NCBI GenBank assembly: GCA_963804995.1
Contig: CAWDSK010000001.1
Location: 320,001 to 384,000, forward strand
Direction: 5' to 3'
Source: an uncultured Acidobacteriota bacterium
GTDB taxonomy: Bacteria; Acidobacteriota; Terriglobia; UBA7540
DNA length: 64,000 bases
The stretch's first letter is position 1. Each line of letters opens with the position of its first letter. Shown piece after piece: positions 1 through 9,108 of the stretch. The notes beneath the pieces are model-generated. The model was not told the origin of the DNA and ran no database searches. It worked only from the letters and a program-made list of their open reading frames with translations. The translations under genes and the position numbers were made by a program.

Positions 1-1
1 A

Positions 2-847
2 GGAATCATTTCGAAACCCAAGAAGACGGAAATCCGCGAGATTGTGCCCCCGCTGCTCGAGTGGCTCGGCGAGCGCAACATCGAAGCCTTTATTGATAAG
101 GAAACCGGCGCCATCATGCAGACTTCGGAGCGCTGCCTGACCCGCAACGAAATGCCGGGGCAGGTGGACCTGCTGATTGTGCTGGGAGGAGACGGCACGC
201 TCCTGGCGACAGCACGCGCTCTGAACCGAAAGCCGGTGCCCATCCTGGCCGTGAATCTGGGAGGACTGGGGTTCCTTACGGAGGTCACACGCGAGGAACT
301 CTTTCCCACCTTGGAAATGTTCCTCGAGTGCACGCACTGCACCGACCGTCGCGTACAGATTGAAGGTGAGCTGGTCCGCGCCGACGAAGTTATTACATCC
401 TTCCTGGCGTTGAACGATGTGGTGCTCAATAAAGGAGCTATCGCGCGGATTCTGGATTTCGAAGTGCGCGTGGATGGACAACTCGTTTCAACTTATAAAT
501 CCGACGGCTTGATCGTGTCTACGCCCACCGGGTCAACCGGCTATTCGCTTTCGGCCGGCGGCCCCATCCTCACGCCCAACGTCGAGGCCTTCCTTATCAC
601 ACCGATCTGCGCTCACACACTCACCCACCGCCCCCTGGTGATTCCCGATACCGTCAAGATTGAAATCGCTGTGAAGAGTCAGCGCGAAGCTGCCTACCTG
701 ACCGTCGACGGGCAGGTGGGCATCGCCGCGCACAGTGAAGATTTGGTCAGGCTGAGAAAGGCATCCTCATTCGTGGAGTTGGTGCAGTCACCTTCCAAGC
801 AGTACTTTGAGATTCTGCGGCAGAAATTGAAGTGGGGGGAGCGGTAG
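2..847 (+). CDS. nadK: NAD(+) kinase, 5'-truncated by window edge
   Basis: GGDGT, NDVV and DGLIVSTPTGSTGYSLSAGG motifs; frame is open back to position 2. Confidence 0.95.
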   Translation, partial: GIISKPKKTEIREIVPPLLEWLGERNIEAFIDKETGAIMQTSERCLTRNEMPGQVDLLIVLGGDGTLLATARALNRKPVPILAVNLGGLGFLTEVTREELFPTLEMFLECTHCTDRRVQIEGELVRADEVITSFLALNDVVLNKGAIARILDFEVRVDGQLVSTYKSDGLIVSTPTGSTGYSLSAGGPILTPNVEAFLITPICAHTLTHRPLVIPDTVKIEIAVKSQREAAYLTVDGQVGIAAHSEDLVRLRKASSFVELVQSPSKQYFEILRQKLKWGER

Positions 848-971
848 AGCAGTAGGCAGTAAGCAGAAGGCAGCGAGCGCTTTGTGCAAGTCCCGACAGA
901 GTCGGGATAGGCAGTCGTAGCGCCGGACGTTAGGCCGGCACGTGCCGACTTTCAGTTGAAGCTGCGAAGGA

Positions 972-1041
972 ACCCCTCCCCCGGCCCGCCCCGGCTGATG
1001 AAAGCGCCGGTCGCGGTCCACCCTCTCCCCTCGGAGAGGGC
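972..1041 (+). repeat. REP-like family A copy (CCCCTC..CCGGCTGATGAAA.CGCCGG..CCACCCTCTCCCCTCGGAGAGGG)
   Basis: Near-identical copies at 5908-5978(-), 12327-12400(-) and 48541-48610(+); lies between convergent genes. Confidence 0.85.
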
Positions 1042-1111
1042 TAATACTCGTTGTGTCGTGGCAGCGCTTGGACAAGTCTTCGTGCTTAATCGTGAATCCT
1101 AAATCCTAGCT

Positions 1112-2365
1112 CTACCCCTCCGCCCGCATCAAATCTTCCACGCTTTCGCGGGGGCGAATCAAATCTGCTTCCCCACCATGCACCAGGACTTCAGCGGGAC
1201 GGGGCCGCGTGTTGTAGTTGGACGAGAGCGCGAATCCATAGGCGCCGGCCGTCAGTACAGCCAGCAGATCACCGGGCTGGACGTTTGCCATGTCGCGGTC
1301 CTGGGCGAGGAAGTCACCACTTTCGCAAAGCGGTCCCACCACGTCCGCCTGCAACCTTTCGGCAGGCCGATCGAGTGCCGGAACGATCTCGTGGTAAGAA
1401 CCGTAAAGAGTCGGCCGTATCAGATCATTCATGCCGGCGTCGATGACCACGAAATTCTTGCGCTGATTCCGCTTCACGTAAAGCACGCGCGTTATCAAGG
1501 CGCCGGCATTGCCCACCAGCGCGCGCCCGGGTTCCAGAATCAGTTTCAGCGAAGTCCCGCGCAGTCGCTCCTCCAAACCTTCGGCCAGGCGATTGACGTT
1601 GAGCGGCTCTTCTTGCGCGTAACGAATGCCATACCCGCCGCCCAGATCCAGCCACGTGGCAGGGTAGCCAGCCTGCTCCAATCCGCGCGCCACGCTGAGG
1701 ATTTCTTCCAGCGCTTCCCAGAAGGGTTCGACCTCCAGGATCTGCGAGCCGATGTGACACGCCACACCATGGACCTTCAGATGCGGCGACTCGGCGGCAC
1801 GGCGGTAAAGCTCCGGCGCTTCCTCTTTCGGCACGCCGAACTTATGGATGATCTGGCCGGTGGAAATTTTCGGGTGCGTATGAGCTTCTACATCCGGATT
1901 CACGCGAATCGATATGCGGGCTGTGCGCTGGAGAGAACGCGCGCGGCTCTCAATGACCGCGAGTTCGCCCGCTGATTCCACGTTGAACATCAGGATGCCT
2001 GCCTGGAGTGCGGCATCAATCTCATCCTGCGTTTTCCCTACGCCGGAGAAAACGATAGTGTCCGGCGAAGCCCCCGCCCGCAGGGCGCGTGCCAGTTCTC
2101 CGCTGGAAACAACGTCGAAGCCCGCACCGGCCTGCCGCAGCAAACCCAGGATGCGAAGATTGGAATTGGCTTTGACCGAGTAGCAGATCAGGTGGGGAAG
2201 GCGCGCCAGGCTGCCGCGCAGGCGTTCAAAATTCCTGGTGATTGCGCCCTGACTGTAAACGTACGTGGGTGTGCCGAAGCGCTCCGCAATCGTTCGGAGG
2301 GTCATCCCTTCGCAGAAAAGTTCGCGCTCGCGGTACGGGAAGCAATCAGGGCTGGATGGTTCCAT
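1112..2365 (-). CDS. lysA: Diaminopimelate decarboxylase
   Basis: YSVKAN PLP-lysine, HIGSQI, EPGR, GPLCESGD and SSNYN motifs. Confidence 0.95.
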   Translation of the reverse strand: MEPSSPDCFPYRERELFCEGMTLRTIAERFGTPTYVYSQGAITRNFERLRGSLARLPHLICYSVKANSNLRILGLLRQAGAGFDVVSSGELARALRAGASPDTIVFSGVGKTQDEIDAALQAGILMFNVESAGELAVIESRARSLQRTARISIRVNPDVEAHTHPKISTGQIIHKFGVPKEEAPELYRRAAESPHLKVHGVACHIGSQILEVEPFWEALEEILSVARGLEQAGYPATWLDLGGGYGIRYAQEEPLNVNRLAEGLEERLRGTSLKLILEPGRALVGNAGALITRVLYVKRNQRKNFVVIDAGMNDLIRPTLYGSYHEIVPALDRPAERLQADVVGPLCESGDFLAQDRDMANVQPGDLLAVLTAGAYGFALSSNYNTRPRPAEVLVHGGEADLIRPRESVEDLMRAEG

Positions 2366-2396
2366 GCTCTCTCATTCTTCGGAGATGTTGGTACTT

Positions 2397-2448
2397 GTTG
2401 TGCCGACCTTGAGGTCGGCATGTGTCCCGACAGGTCGGGACGCTACAA
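2397..2448. repeat. GTAG-type REP-like hairpin with nested TCCCGA/TCGGGA micro-hairpin
   Basis: GTGCCGACCTTGAGGTCGGCA...GTCCCGACAGGTCGGGACGCTAC; related to 51838-51966. Confidence 0.7.
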
Positions 2449-2489
2449 CATCAACCACAACCTCGACACCGCGTCCACACTATTCCCGC

Positions 2490-4244
2490 TCAGTGCACTT
2501 TCAACAACACCATGGTCTGATCATCACGCGGCGGGCGCCCCGCCTCAAACAGGCGGAGTTCTTCAAACGTCCGGTCGACGATTTCCTTGGGAGACCGGTG
2601 AGCATTCAGGCGCAGCACATTTTCCAGTCGCCGCGCGCCGAACTCATCCAGCTTGGGGTTGGTGGCTTCACTGACGCCGTCAGAAAAAAAGGCCAACAGA
2701 TCTCCCGACTCAAGATTCACCGCCGTGGGCAGGTACTCCGTGTGTTCGAGCAGTCCCAAGGGCACCCCCTCGGCGCGAATCGGCCGGCACTGGCCTTTCC
2801 GAACCAGGATGGGAAGGGGCATGCCGGCATTGGCCAGGCTCAAGGCCTTCGTCCGAGGTTCCCAGAGGGCGTAGGTCAGGGTCAGAAAGTGGCCTTCAAT
2901 CTTGCGCTCCAGAAGCATAAGGTTCAGCTTCTTCATCATGTCCGGGGGCAGAAGTTTTTGCGGAGCAAGACTGCGCAGGGTGCCGCTGGCCATGGCGCCG
3001 TAAAGCGCCGCGGGAGCACCCTTGCCGCTGACGTCGCCGACCGCGATCACATGCCGGTCCTTTCCATAGGCAAGGAAATCGTAGAGGTCGCCTCCCAGCT
3101 CACGCGCCGGCTCAAACCTTATGGCCACTTCCAGACCGGGAATGGTGGGCGCCGTTCCCGGCATCATGAGCATCTGGATTCCCTGCGCGCGTTGCAGATC
3201 ACGCTCCAGGCGCTCTTCACTGCGCGCCACTCGCTCATACAACCGGGCATTCTCAATGGCGATGGCGATCTGGGGCGCCAGCGTTGACAGGATGCGCACG
3301 TGGTCTTCATTGAAATAATTGGGTTGAGGGCTTTCCAGATCGATAACGCCAATCACCCGATCGCGATAGATTAAGGGCAAGGTCATCTCCGAACGAGTGT
3401 CCGGATTCGTCGCGATGTACCGCGGATCTTTGGAAACTTCAGGCACCACCACCGGCTGGCGCAGGTCCCCCGCCGCCCCTACGATGCCATGGCCAAAGGG
3501 GACCGTGCACTTCTCGGCCATGCGCTCGTCCTGCTTCAAGGAGATGACGGCATTGTAGGTCTGCGCCTGGTCATCAGCCAGGAATATGCCGAAGCGGTGG
3601 TAATCCACCAGCCGCTTGGTGAGAGTGCCAATCTTGCGGAGCAGCTCGTTCAACACCAGAACGGAACTGAGCTCGCGACTGATTTCGTTCAGCAACTGCA
3701 GGGTTCGGGCCTGGCGCAGGGTGCGACGGTAGAGCCGGGCATTTTCGATCGCCATGGCCATACGGCTGGCCAGGAGTTCCAGCAGGTTGACGTGCGAATC
3801 ATTGAAGAAGTCCGGCCGCGGAGCTTCCAGGTCGATGACCCCAATCAGGCGTCCTTTGAAAAGCAGGGGGACCGCCAACTCAGAGTGAATCGAAGGCAGC
3901 GAGGCGATATAAGTGGGATCCTTCTGAACATCGTTGACCAGCACCGAGCGCCGGGTTTCGGCGGCCCGGCCTACGATGCCCGCTCCGACTTTGATGCGCA
4001 GCCGACGGACCACTTCCTCAGGGTGGCCAATGCTGAAACGCACGCGCAGCTCTTGCGTCTTCTCATTCAGGAGTAAGATGGCAAAGACTTCGTAGTCAAT
4101 GGCGCGCTTGACGATTTCCGCGATGCGGCTCATCAGCTCGTCGAGATCGAGCGTGGAGCTGATTCGCTCGTTGACTTCCAGCATCAACGTCAGCAACTCC
4201 GTCAGCTCGAGAGGCCGTGATGTGAACCGCGTGGTTTCCGCCAT
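2490..4244 (-). CDS. Two-GAF-domain PP2C-type (SpoIIE/RsbU-like) phosphatase
   Basis: Duplicated GAF segments ending IAIENARLY; GGDLYD, GDVSGKG, SDG and DDQT motifs; ATG 4244 with AGGA upstream. Confidence 0.9.
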   Translation of the reverse strand: MAETTRFTSRPLELTELLTLMLEVNERISSTLDLDELMSRIAEIVKRAIDYEVFAILLLNEKTQELRVRFSIGHPEEVVRRLRIKVGAGIVGRAAETRRSVLVNDVQKDPTYIASLPSIHSELAVPLLFKGRLIGVIDLEAPRPDFFNDSHVNLLELLASRMAMAIENARLYRRTLRQARTLQLLNEISRELSSVLVLNELLRKIGTLTKRLVDYHRFGIFLADDQAQTYNAVISLKQDERMAEKCTVPFGHGIVGAAGDLRQPVVVPEVSKDPRYIATNPDTRSEMTLPLIYRDRVIGVIDLESPQPNYFNEDHVRILSTLAPQIAIAIENARLYERVARSEERLERDLQRAQGIQMLMMPGTAPTIPGLEVAIRFEPARELGGDLYDFLAYGKDRHVIAVGDVSGKGAPAALYGAMASGTLRSLAPQKLLPPDMMKKLNLMLLERKIEGHFLTLTYALWEPRTKALSLANAGMPLPILVRKGQCRPIRAEGVPLGLLEHTEYLPTAVNLESGDLLAFFSDGVSEATNPKLDEFGARRLENVLRLNAHRSPKEIVDRTFEELRLFEAGRPPRDDQTMVLLKVH

Positions 4245-4580
4245 GAGTCCTTGCCGTGCTTGCCGGGCCGGTTCGGGGTGCTGCCGTCCTCGCACCGCGC
4301 GCCGCCGCTCCGGGATTCAACTGGTTGCTGAAATTCCGACTGCCGAAGCCACAGCCCGCGACCACTTGCCGGCAAGCGTTCCCAGGAGAGGTATTTCAGG
4401 TGACCAGTAAAATTCTCATTTTACCATAGGGGTCCTCTTCCGCCTGGTTCCGGACGACGATCTCTGGGAAGCGGGACCTTCGCGTTGACACAGGCTCCCT
4501 CTGGGAGGCGATCACCCATCAACGTAGGGCAGTCATTTCAAGACGACTGCGCCGCGCCGCCTCCGATATAATGAACGGCG

Positions 4581-5303
4581 ATGCTTATTCTGGCTCTTGA
4601 TACAACCAGCGAGAAGGGTGGCGTGGGAATCTTCCAAGACGCGGAGTGCCTGGCGTCGGCTCCGAATGAAGGTCCTGCCAACCGTTACTCGATCTCGCTG
4701 TTTGAATTGGCCGAGCAGGCGCTGGCCGGGGCCCACCTCGAACTCCACGAAATCGAATTGTTTGCGGTGGCCAATGGGCCAGGATCGTTCACCGGAATCC
4801 GAGTCGGCCTAGCAGCTGCTCGCGCTTGGGGTAAGGCTTTCGCGAGGCCGGTGCGCGGTGTCTCGGTGCTCGAAACCTTAGTGACCAAATCCAATCTGAC
4901 GTCGACATGGGCCTTTCCCATTCTGGACGCGCGGCGGGGAGAGTTTTACTTGGGCGCCTTCCACAAAACTTCTCAGGAAGTTTCGGGTGCATCTGGGCGG
5001 AAGTATGAGCCGGTGGATGCAGGCTGGGTTCTCCGGCCGGAACTCGTGACCCCGCTTGTGGAGAAGCTCCTGGGAAACGGGGAGCGCGCAACGTGCCTGG
5101 TGCGCGCGCATGATGAGTCCGCTCTGGCATTACGGGAGAACCTGCCAGCCTCGCTTGACTGGCAAAGAATCGAAGGCACACTCGTGGATTCCGTCGCCTC
5201 CCTGGCTCTTCACGGACTGCTCACGAGCAGCCCCTGCTCAGATCCCAAACTCGATGCTTATTACATCCGCCGGCCGGATGCTGAAATCAACTGGAAGGGG
5301 TGA
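4581..5303 (+). CDS. tsaB: tRNA t6A biosynthesis protein TsaB
   Basis: LILALDTT, GPGSFTGIRVG and DARRGE motifs; adjacent to rimI. Confidence 0.93.
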   Translation: MLILALDTTSEKGGVGIFQDAECLASAPNEGPANRYSISLFELAEQALAGAHLELHEIELFAVANGPGSFTGIRVGLAAARAWGKAFARPVRGVSVLETLVTKSNLTSTWAFPILDARRGEFYLGAFHKTSQEVSGASGRKYEPVDAGWVLRPELVTPLVEKLLGNGERATCLVRAHDESALALRENLPASLDWQRIEGTLVDSVASLALHGLLTSSPCSDPKLDAYYIRRPDAEINWKG

Positions 5304-5437
5304 GGTGGGAAGCAGGGAGTAGGGAGTGGGGAATCGGGAATAGGGACGCAATTTCCTACTCCCTATTCACCGGGCCGCCGGTTAGAGGTTCCGAATTCTT
5401 GATTTCAGATTCCGAACATGAAGATCCGCTTCCGAAC

Positions 5438-5908
5438 ATGAAGATTCGCGCCTTCGCTCGCGATGATGTGGCGGCCGTCCAGGCTATTCAAATAAAGTGC
5501 CCGCCTGCCGCCCAGTGGCATATGGAGGATTACCTGCGCTTGGCTGACGATCCCTATGGCATGGTGCTCGTGGCCGAACTCGCGACCGTGAACGCGCCCG
5601 AGGTCGTGGGCTTCTCAGCGTTTTACCGTGTCATCGAGGAGGCCGAACTTCGCAACCTCGCCGTCGGACCCACCTGCCAGCGGCAGGGGATTGCTCGCGC
5701 GTTGCTTGAAGAAGGAACCCACAAGCTGCGGGAGACCGGCGTGCAGCGAATTTTCCTGGAGGTCCGCGCCTCGAACCATCCCGCCCTTGAACTGTATACC
5801 TCCTTGCGGTTCAAGTTGCTTTCCACCCGCAAGGACTATTATCAGAATCCGGTCGAGGACGCGCTGGTCATGGCGCTCGATATCACCTCTGGAAAGCGCG
5901 ATGCTTAG
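5438..5908 (+). CDS. rimI: Ribosomal-protein-alanine N-acetyltransferase (GNAT)
   Basis: NLAV..QRQGIA, FLEVRASN and RKDYY..EDALVM motifs; start placed at MKIRAF because the upstream extension is repeat DNA. Confidence 0.88.
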   Translation: MKIRAFARDDVAAVQAIQIKCPPAAQWHMEDYLRLADDPYGMVLVAELATVNAPEVVGFSAFYRVIEEAELRNLAVGPTCQRQGIARALLEEGTHKLRETGVQRIFLEVRASNHPALELYTSLRFKLLSTRKDYYQNPVEDALVMALDITSGKRDA

Positions 5909-5978
5909 CCCTCTCCGAGGGGAGCGGGTGGACCGCCGCCGGCGTTTTCATCAGCCGGGGCGGGACGGGTGAGGGGTC
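5908..5978 (-). repeat. REP-like family A copy
   Basis: Reverse complement of 972-1041 and 48541-48610. Confidence 0.85.
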
Positions 5979-6211
5979 ACTTAAGAGTTGGGGCGTTTAG
6001 AAATTCAAAAACTGTTGGCCGCGCCCTTCCCGCAGCCCCCAAGACCCTTTAAGCGTGGTGAGAAATCCAGGTAAGCGGTTCAGGGCAGGCTGCCCGCTCA
6101 CCCCATCGCATACCGCCAATTTATTTTTGCTCCCCAAACAGAGGGCTTGCGAGGCGGGCGTCACCCTCCTATACTTTCGCCACTATTCTGGAATTTAGTT
6201 GAGGAGGAAAT

Positions 6212-7105
6212 ATGACTCTTATTTCACGACGCGATGCAGGAAAGATTTTGTTAACCGGATGTGCCGGCGCGCTGGTATCCGCCCAAGGGTTGCTCAGCGC
6301 TGCCCGGATCAATTCGGTGGTTCGCGGGGTGCAGATCGGCGCCCAAAGCTATTCGTTTCGCGACCGTCCTCTCAACGCGTGCATCGAAGCTTTCCGCACG
6401 GTGGGCCTCGGCGAGTGCGAACTCTATGAAGGGCACGTGGCGCCCCCCCACACGAAAGGCGCGGACCTGGAAAAGTGGCGCCTCGAGACTCCACCCAGCT
6501 ACTATAAAGAAATCCGCAAGAAGTTTGATGATGCCGGGGTTCTGATTTACGCGTACAACTTTAGTTTTCGCAAGACTTTCACGGATGAGGAGATCGAGCG
6601 CGGTTTTCAGGCCGCCCAAGCCATGGGCGTTAAGTACATCACCGCTTCTTCCAACGTCAGCGTAGCTCCGCGGGTTGACAAGTACGCCCAGCAATACAAA
6701 ATCATGGTGGGGTTCCACGGGCACGACCAGACCTCTGACCCGGATGAGTTCTCGACTCCGGACACCTTTGCGCGCGCCATGCAGGGTGCATCGCGTTACA
6801 TTGGCATCAACCTTGATATCGGCCATTTCACCGCCGCGGGCGGGGACGCTGTCGCCTTCCTTCGTGAGCACCACGAAAAGATCGTCACGCTGCACATCAA
6901 AGACCGGAAGAAGAATCACGGTGCGAACCTCCCGTTGGGCGAGGGCGATACCCCCATTGTGGAAGTGCTCCACCAGTTGCGCGATAATCACTGGAAGATT
7001 CCCGCCAACATCGAGTACGAATACGGCAACGAAATCAAAGGCCTCGACACCATCGCGGAAGTCAAGAAGTGCTACGAGTATTGTCGGAAGGCGCTGGAGA
7101 GTTAG
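6212..7105 (+). CDS. Tat-exported sugar-phosphate isomerase/epimerase-like TIM barrel protein
   Basis: SRRD twin-arginine leader; LDIGH, HIKD and IEYE metal-binding motifs; GAGGA RBS. Confidence 0.8.
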   Translation: MTLISRRDAGKILLTGCAGALVSAQGLLSAARINSVVRGVQIGAQSYSFRDRPLNACIEAFRTVGLGECELYEGHVAPPHTKGADLEKWRLETPPSYYKEIRKKFDDAGVLIYAYNFSFRKTFTDEEIERGFQAAQAMGVKYITASSNVSVAPRVDKYAQQYKIMVGFHGHDQTSDPDEFSTPDTFARAMQGASRYIGINLDIGHFTAAGGDAVAFLREHHEKIVTLHIKDRKKNHGANLPLGEGDTPIVEVLHQLRDNHWKIPANIEYEYGNEIKGLDTIAEVKKCYEYCRKALES

Positions 7106-7220
7106 CTGGAATTTCTCGGGGCGGAGGGAATGGGCGGGCTATTGCCTTTCCCTCCCCGCGGTGCTTGCGTGGGGCAACACCTAAGTTGGGGAATTGCCTT
7201 GCGGCTCTGTCTCCCTGGCC

Positions 7221-7296
7221 GTAGGGGTACGGCTTGCCGTGCCCTCTGCATTTTTTATCGCGTGACCGAAGCAAGAGGGTACGGCAAGCCGTACCC
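7221..7296. repeat. REP doublet (GTAGGGGTACGGCTTGCCGT(G/A)CCCTC, inverted pair) whose right REP is interrupted by the IS
   Basis: Left REP at 7221-7246; right REP is restored by joining 7275-7296 to CTAC at 9145-9148. Confidence 0.85.
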
Positions 7297-7313
7297 TGGA
7301 GTTTTTACATTTA

Positions 7314-8693
7314 TTATGCATCAGCGGCGTGGGTGAGGGCGCGGTCGGTGAGTTGGAAGCCCAGAGATTGGGGACATTCCGGGTGGTCGACCATTTCTTG
7401 GCGCAGCAGGGTGACGAGGTCGAGGCAGGAAGGGCGGTGGGCCTTGCGTCGCCACCGGGGCAGAGCCTGATAGGCCGTGCCACGCTCGGTGCCGAAGGCT
7501 TGGAGAGAAGCCAGGAGCAGCGCGCTGTAGGCGGCCACGACCAGGGCAGGTTGCTTGGGCACGGCGTTAACGTTCCATAACTGGGCTTGTCCGACACCCA
7601 GCGTCTCCTTCTCGTCGCGGTGGTTGACTTCGATCTGCCAGCGGTCGAAGTAGATTTGCAGCAACTGAGGGGCAGAGTGCCGCAGGTCGGTGGTCAGCAG
7701 GTAGGCCGGTTGACGGTAGTAGAGTCTGGAGCTCTTCCGTTTGCGATAGGGGGTAGGAGCCACGACGAAGAGCCGCAGGGGGATCTGGCCGGCGCCCCGA
7801 CGCCAGTAGACTTGCGACACCTCTTTATAACGGAGGCGGCGGCGCTTGCCTCCGTAGAAGAGCTTGGTTTGCTGCCAGAGGTGGGACTCGTCCTGCCGGA
7901 CCTGTTCGGGGGTAAAGGTGGAGAGGGCGTAAAAGCGGCGAGAAGGCTGGGGAGCGCGAAAGCCGAGGCGCGCATCCTTGCGGGCGCGGGCGATCAACTC
8001 GGTGCGATCGCGGGGGGCGCGCAGACAGGTGCGGTTGCAGAAGCTGCCATCCAGAGCCAGCACCAGCAGCTTGGCCCCACCCCCGGCCGCATCCAGCGCC
8101 TGGCGCAAGGGGGCCACGCTCTGCACAAAACGCTGCGAGAGGTTGTGGAGCTTGCGCATCCTTTTATATTCCTGCCAGGCTTCCTCTTTCGCCTTGCGGG
8201 AGGGCTTTTTCAGCGGCGCCGCCTCTTCAAAGCGCACGGGCAGAGCGCGGCAGCTGGCGGGGGCGTGCCGATGCAGGGGCAGCAGCAGGGAAGCTTGCAG
8301 AAAGCGCACGCCGCGCAGGAGGTTGACATGAAAGGGGGGCGAGAGGGGATCGCGGTGATAACGCGCCTGGGGAATGGCGCGGCCGGTCTTGCGCAGGCGG
8401 GTGTCGTCGACGGCCACGCCCACCAGGCGGCCGGGACAATAGGGCAAGGCGCGGCGCCAGACGCCGGCAAACAACGTCTGCGGTTCCCAGTGACAACGCG
8501 AGTGGAGAAAGTATTCGCTCGACCAACTGCGCTGCTGGCGGCCCTGGGTCCAGAGGATACGCGAAAGACAGCGTCGACCCACGCAGACCAAGGCGCCCAG
8601 GGCCTGGCGCACGGCGCGCTGCAGGGTGCGCTGCTGGGGAAAAGTGGGGGCCCAGTCCGCCACGATCTCCGACCAGGCGGCGAACAGAGTCAT
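7314..8693 (-). CDS. DDE transposase (IS701/IS4-like)
   Basis: VAVDDT, LALDGSF and Y..RWQIE..HRDEK (YREK-type) motifs; bounded by TIRs. Confidence 0.88.
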   Translation of the reverse strand: MTLFAAWSEIVADWAPTFPQQRTLQRAVRQALGALVCVGRRCLSRILWTQGRQQRSWSSEYFLHSRCHWEPQTLFAGVWRRALPYCPGRLVGVAVDDTRLRKTGRAIPQARYHRDPLSPPFHVNLLRGVRFLQASLLLPLHRHAPASCRALPVRFEEAAPLKKPSRKAKEEAWQEYKRMRKLHNLSQRFVQSVAPLRQALDAAGGGAKLLVLALDGSFCNRTCLRAPRDRTELIARARKDARLGFRAPQPSRRFYALSTFTPEQVRQDESHLWQQTKLFYGGKRRRLRYKEVSQVYWRRGAGQIPLRLFVVAPTPYRKRKSSRLYYRQPAYLLTTDLRHSAPQLLQIYFDRWQIEVNHRDEKETLGVGQAQLWNVNAVPKQPALVVAAYSALLLASLQAFGTERGTAYQALPRWRRKAHRPSCLDLVTLLRQEMVDHPECPQSLGFQLTDRALTHAADA

Positions 8694-9025
8694 CGGGCCT
8701 CCGGACGTAAGCCGAAAGTGTTCTTCCCGGTACGCAGGAAGCGATCGCCGCGGGCGACTTTTTTGGTCAGCGAAGAGACCAGGCTCTCGCGATCGACGGT
8801 GACGTGGAAGGCGGCGCGGAGGCGCGCCAGGAGTTCGGAAATGTGCAAGGGGGTACGGGCCTTCTTGAGTATGTCGTACGCCATGTCCACTTGGGACAGA
8901 CCTGTGCGGCGCGGCCTCGGGGCGGGGGCTGGGGAACCGCCGCGGAGACGGCGAACCGCCCGCAACTGGGCATCCAGTGAGGCCTCGAATATCGAAAGAA
9001 TGGAATCCTTGAGATCGTCAGGCAA
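8690..9025 (-). CDS. Small winged-helix protein (HARE-HTH-like) carried by the IS
   Basis: AYDILKKARTPLHISELL...FLRTGKNTFGL pattern; GGAGG RBS before TTG; stop overlaps transposase ATG (ATGA). Confidence 0.75.
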   Translation of the reverse strand: MPDDLKDSILSIFEASLDAQLRAVRRLRGGSPAPAPRPRRTGLSQVDMAYDILKKARTPLHISELLARLRAAFHVTVDRESLVSSLTKKVARGDRFLRTGKNTFGLRPEAR

Positions 9026-9073
9026 GTTAACCTCCGGAGCCAGGACTCAGGAGGAAGGTAACGGAAATCAGGG

Positions 9074-9108
9074 AGGTCTGTCAATAGAAATCTTACTTTG
9101 CCAGACCT
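9074..9108 (-). promoter_or_regulatory. Inward IS promoter (-35 TTGACA) overlapped by an 11 bp inverted repeat
   Basis: AGGTCTGTCAA-13 bp-TTGCCAGACCT; minus-strand TTGACA at 9084-9079 with a TACCTT-like -10 downstream. Confidence 0.5.

Noticed and set aside
990..1012. CTGATGA followed by AA(A/G)C as a hammerhead ribozyme core
   Set aside because: There is no stem II or separate GAAA after CUGAUGA. The motif is simply the loop of a CCGGC/GCCGG hairpin.
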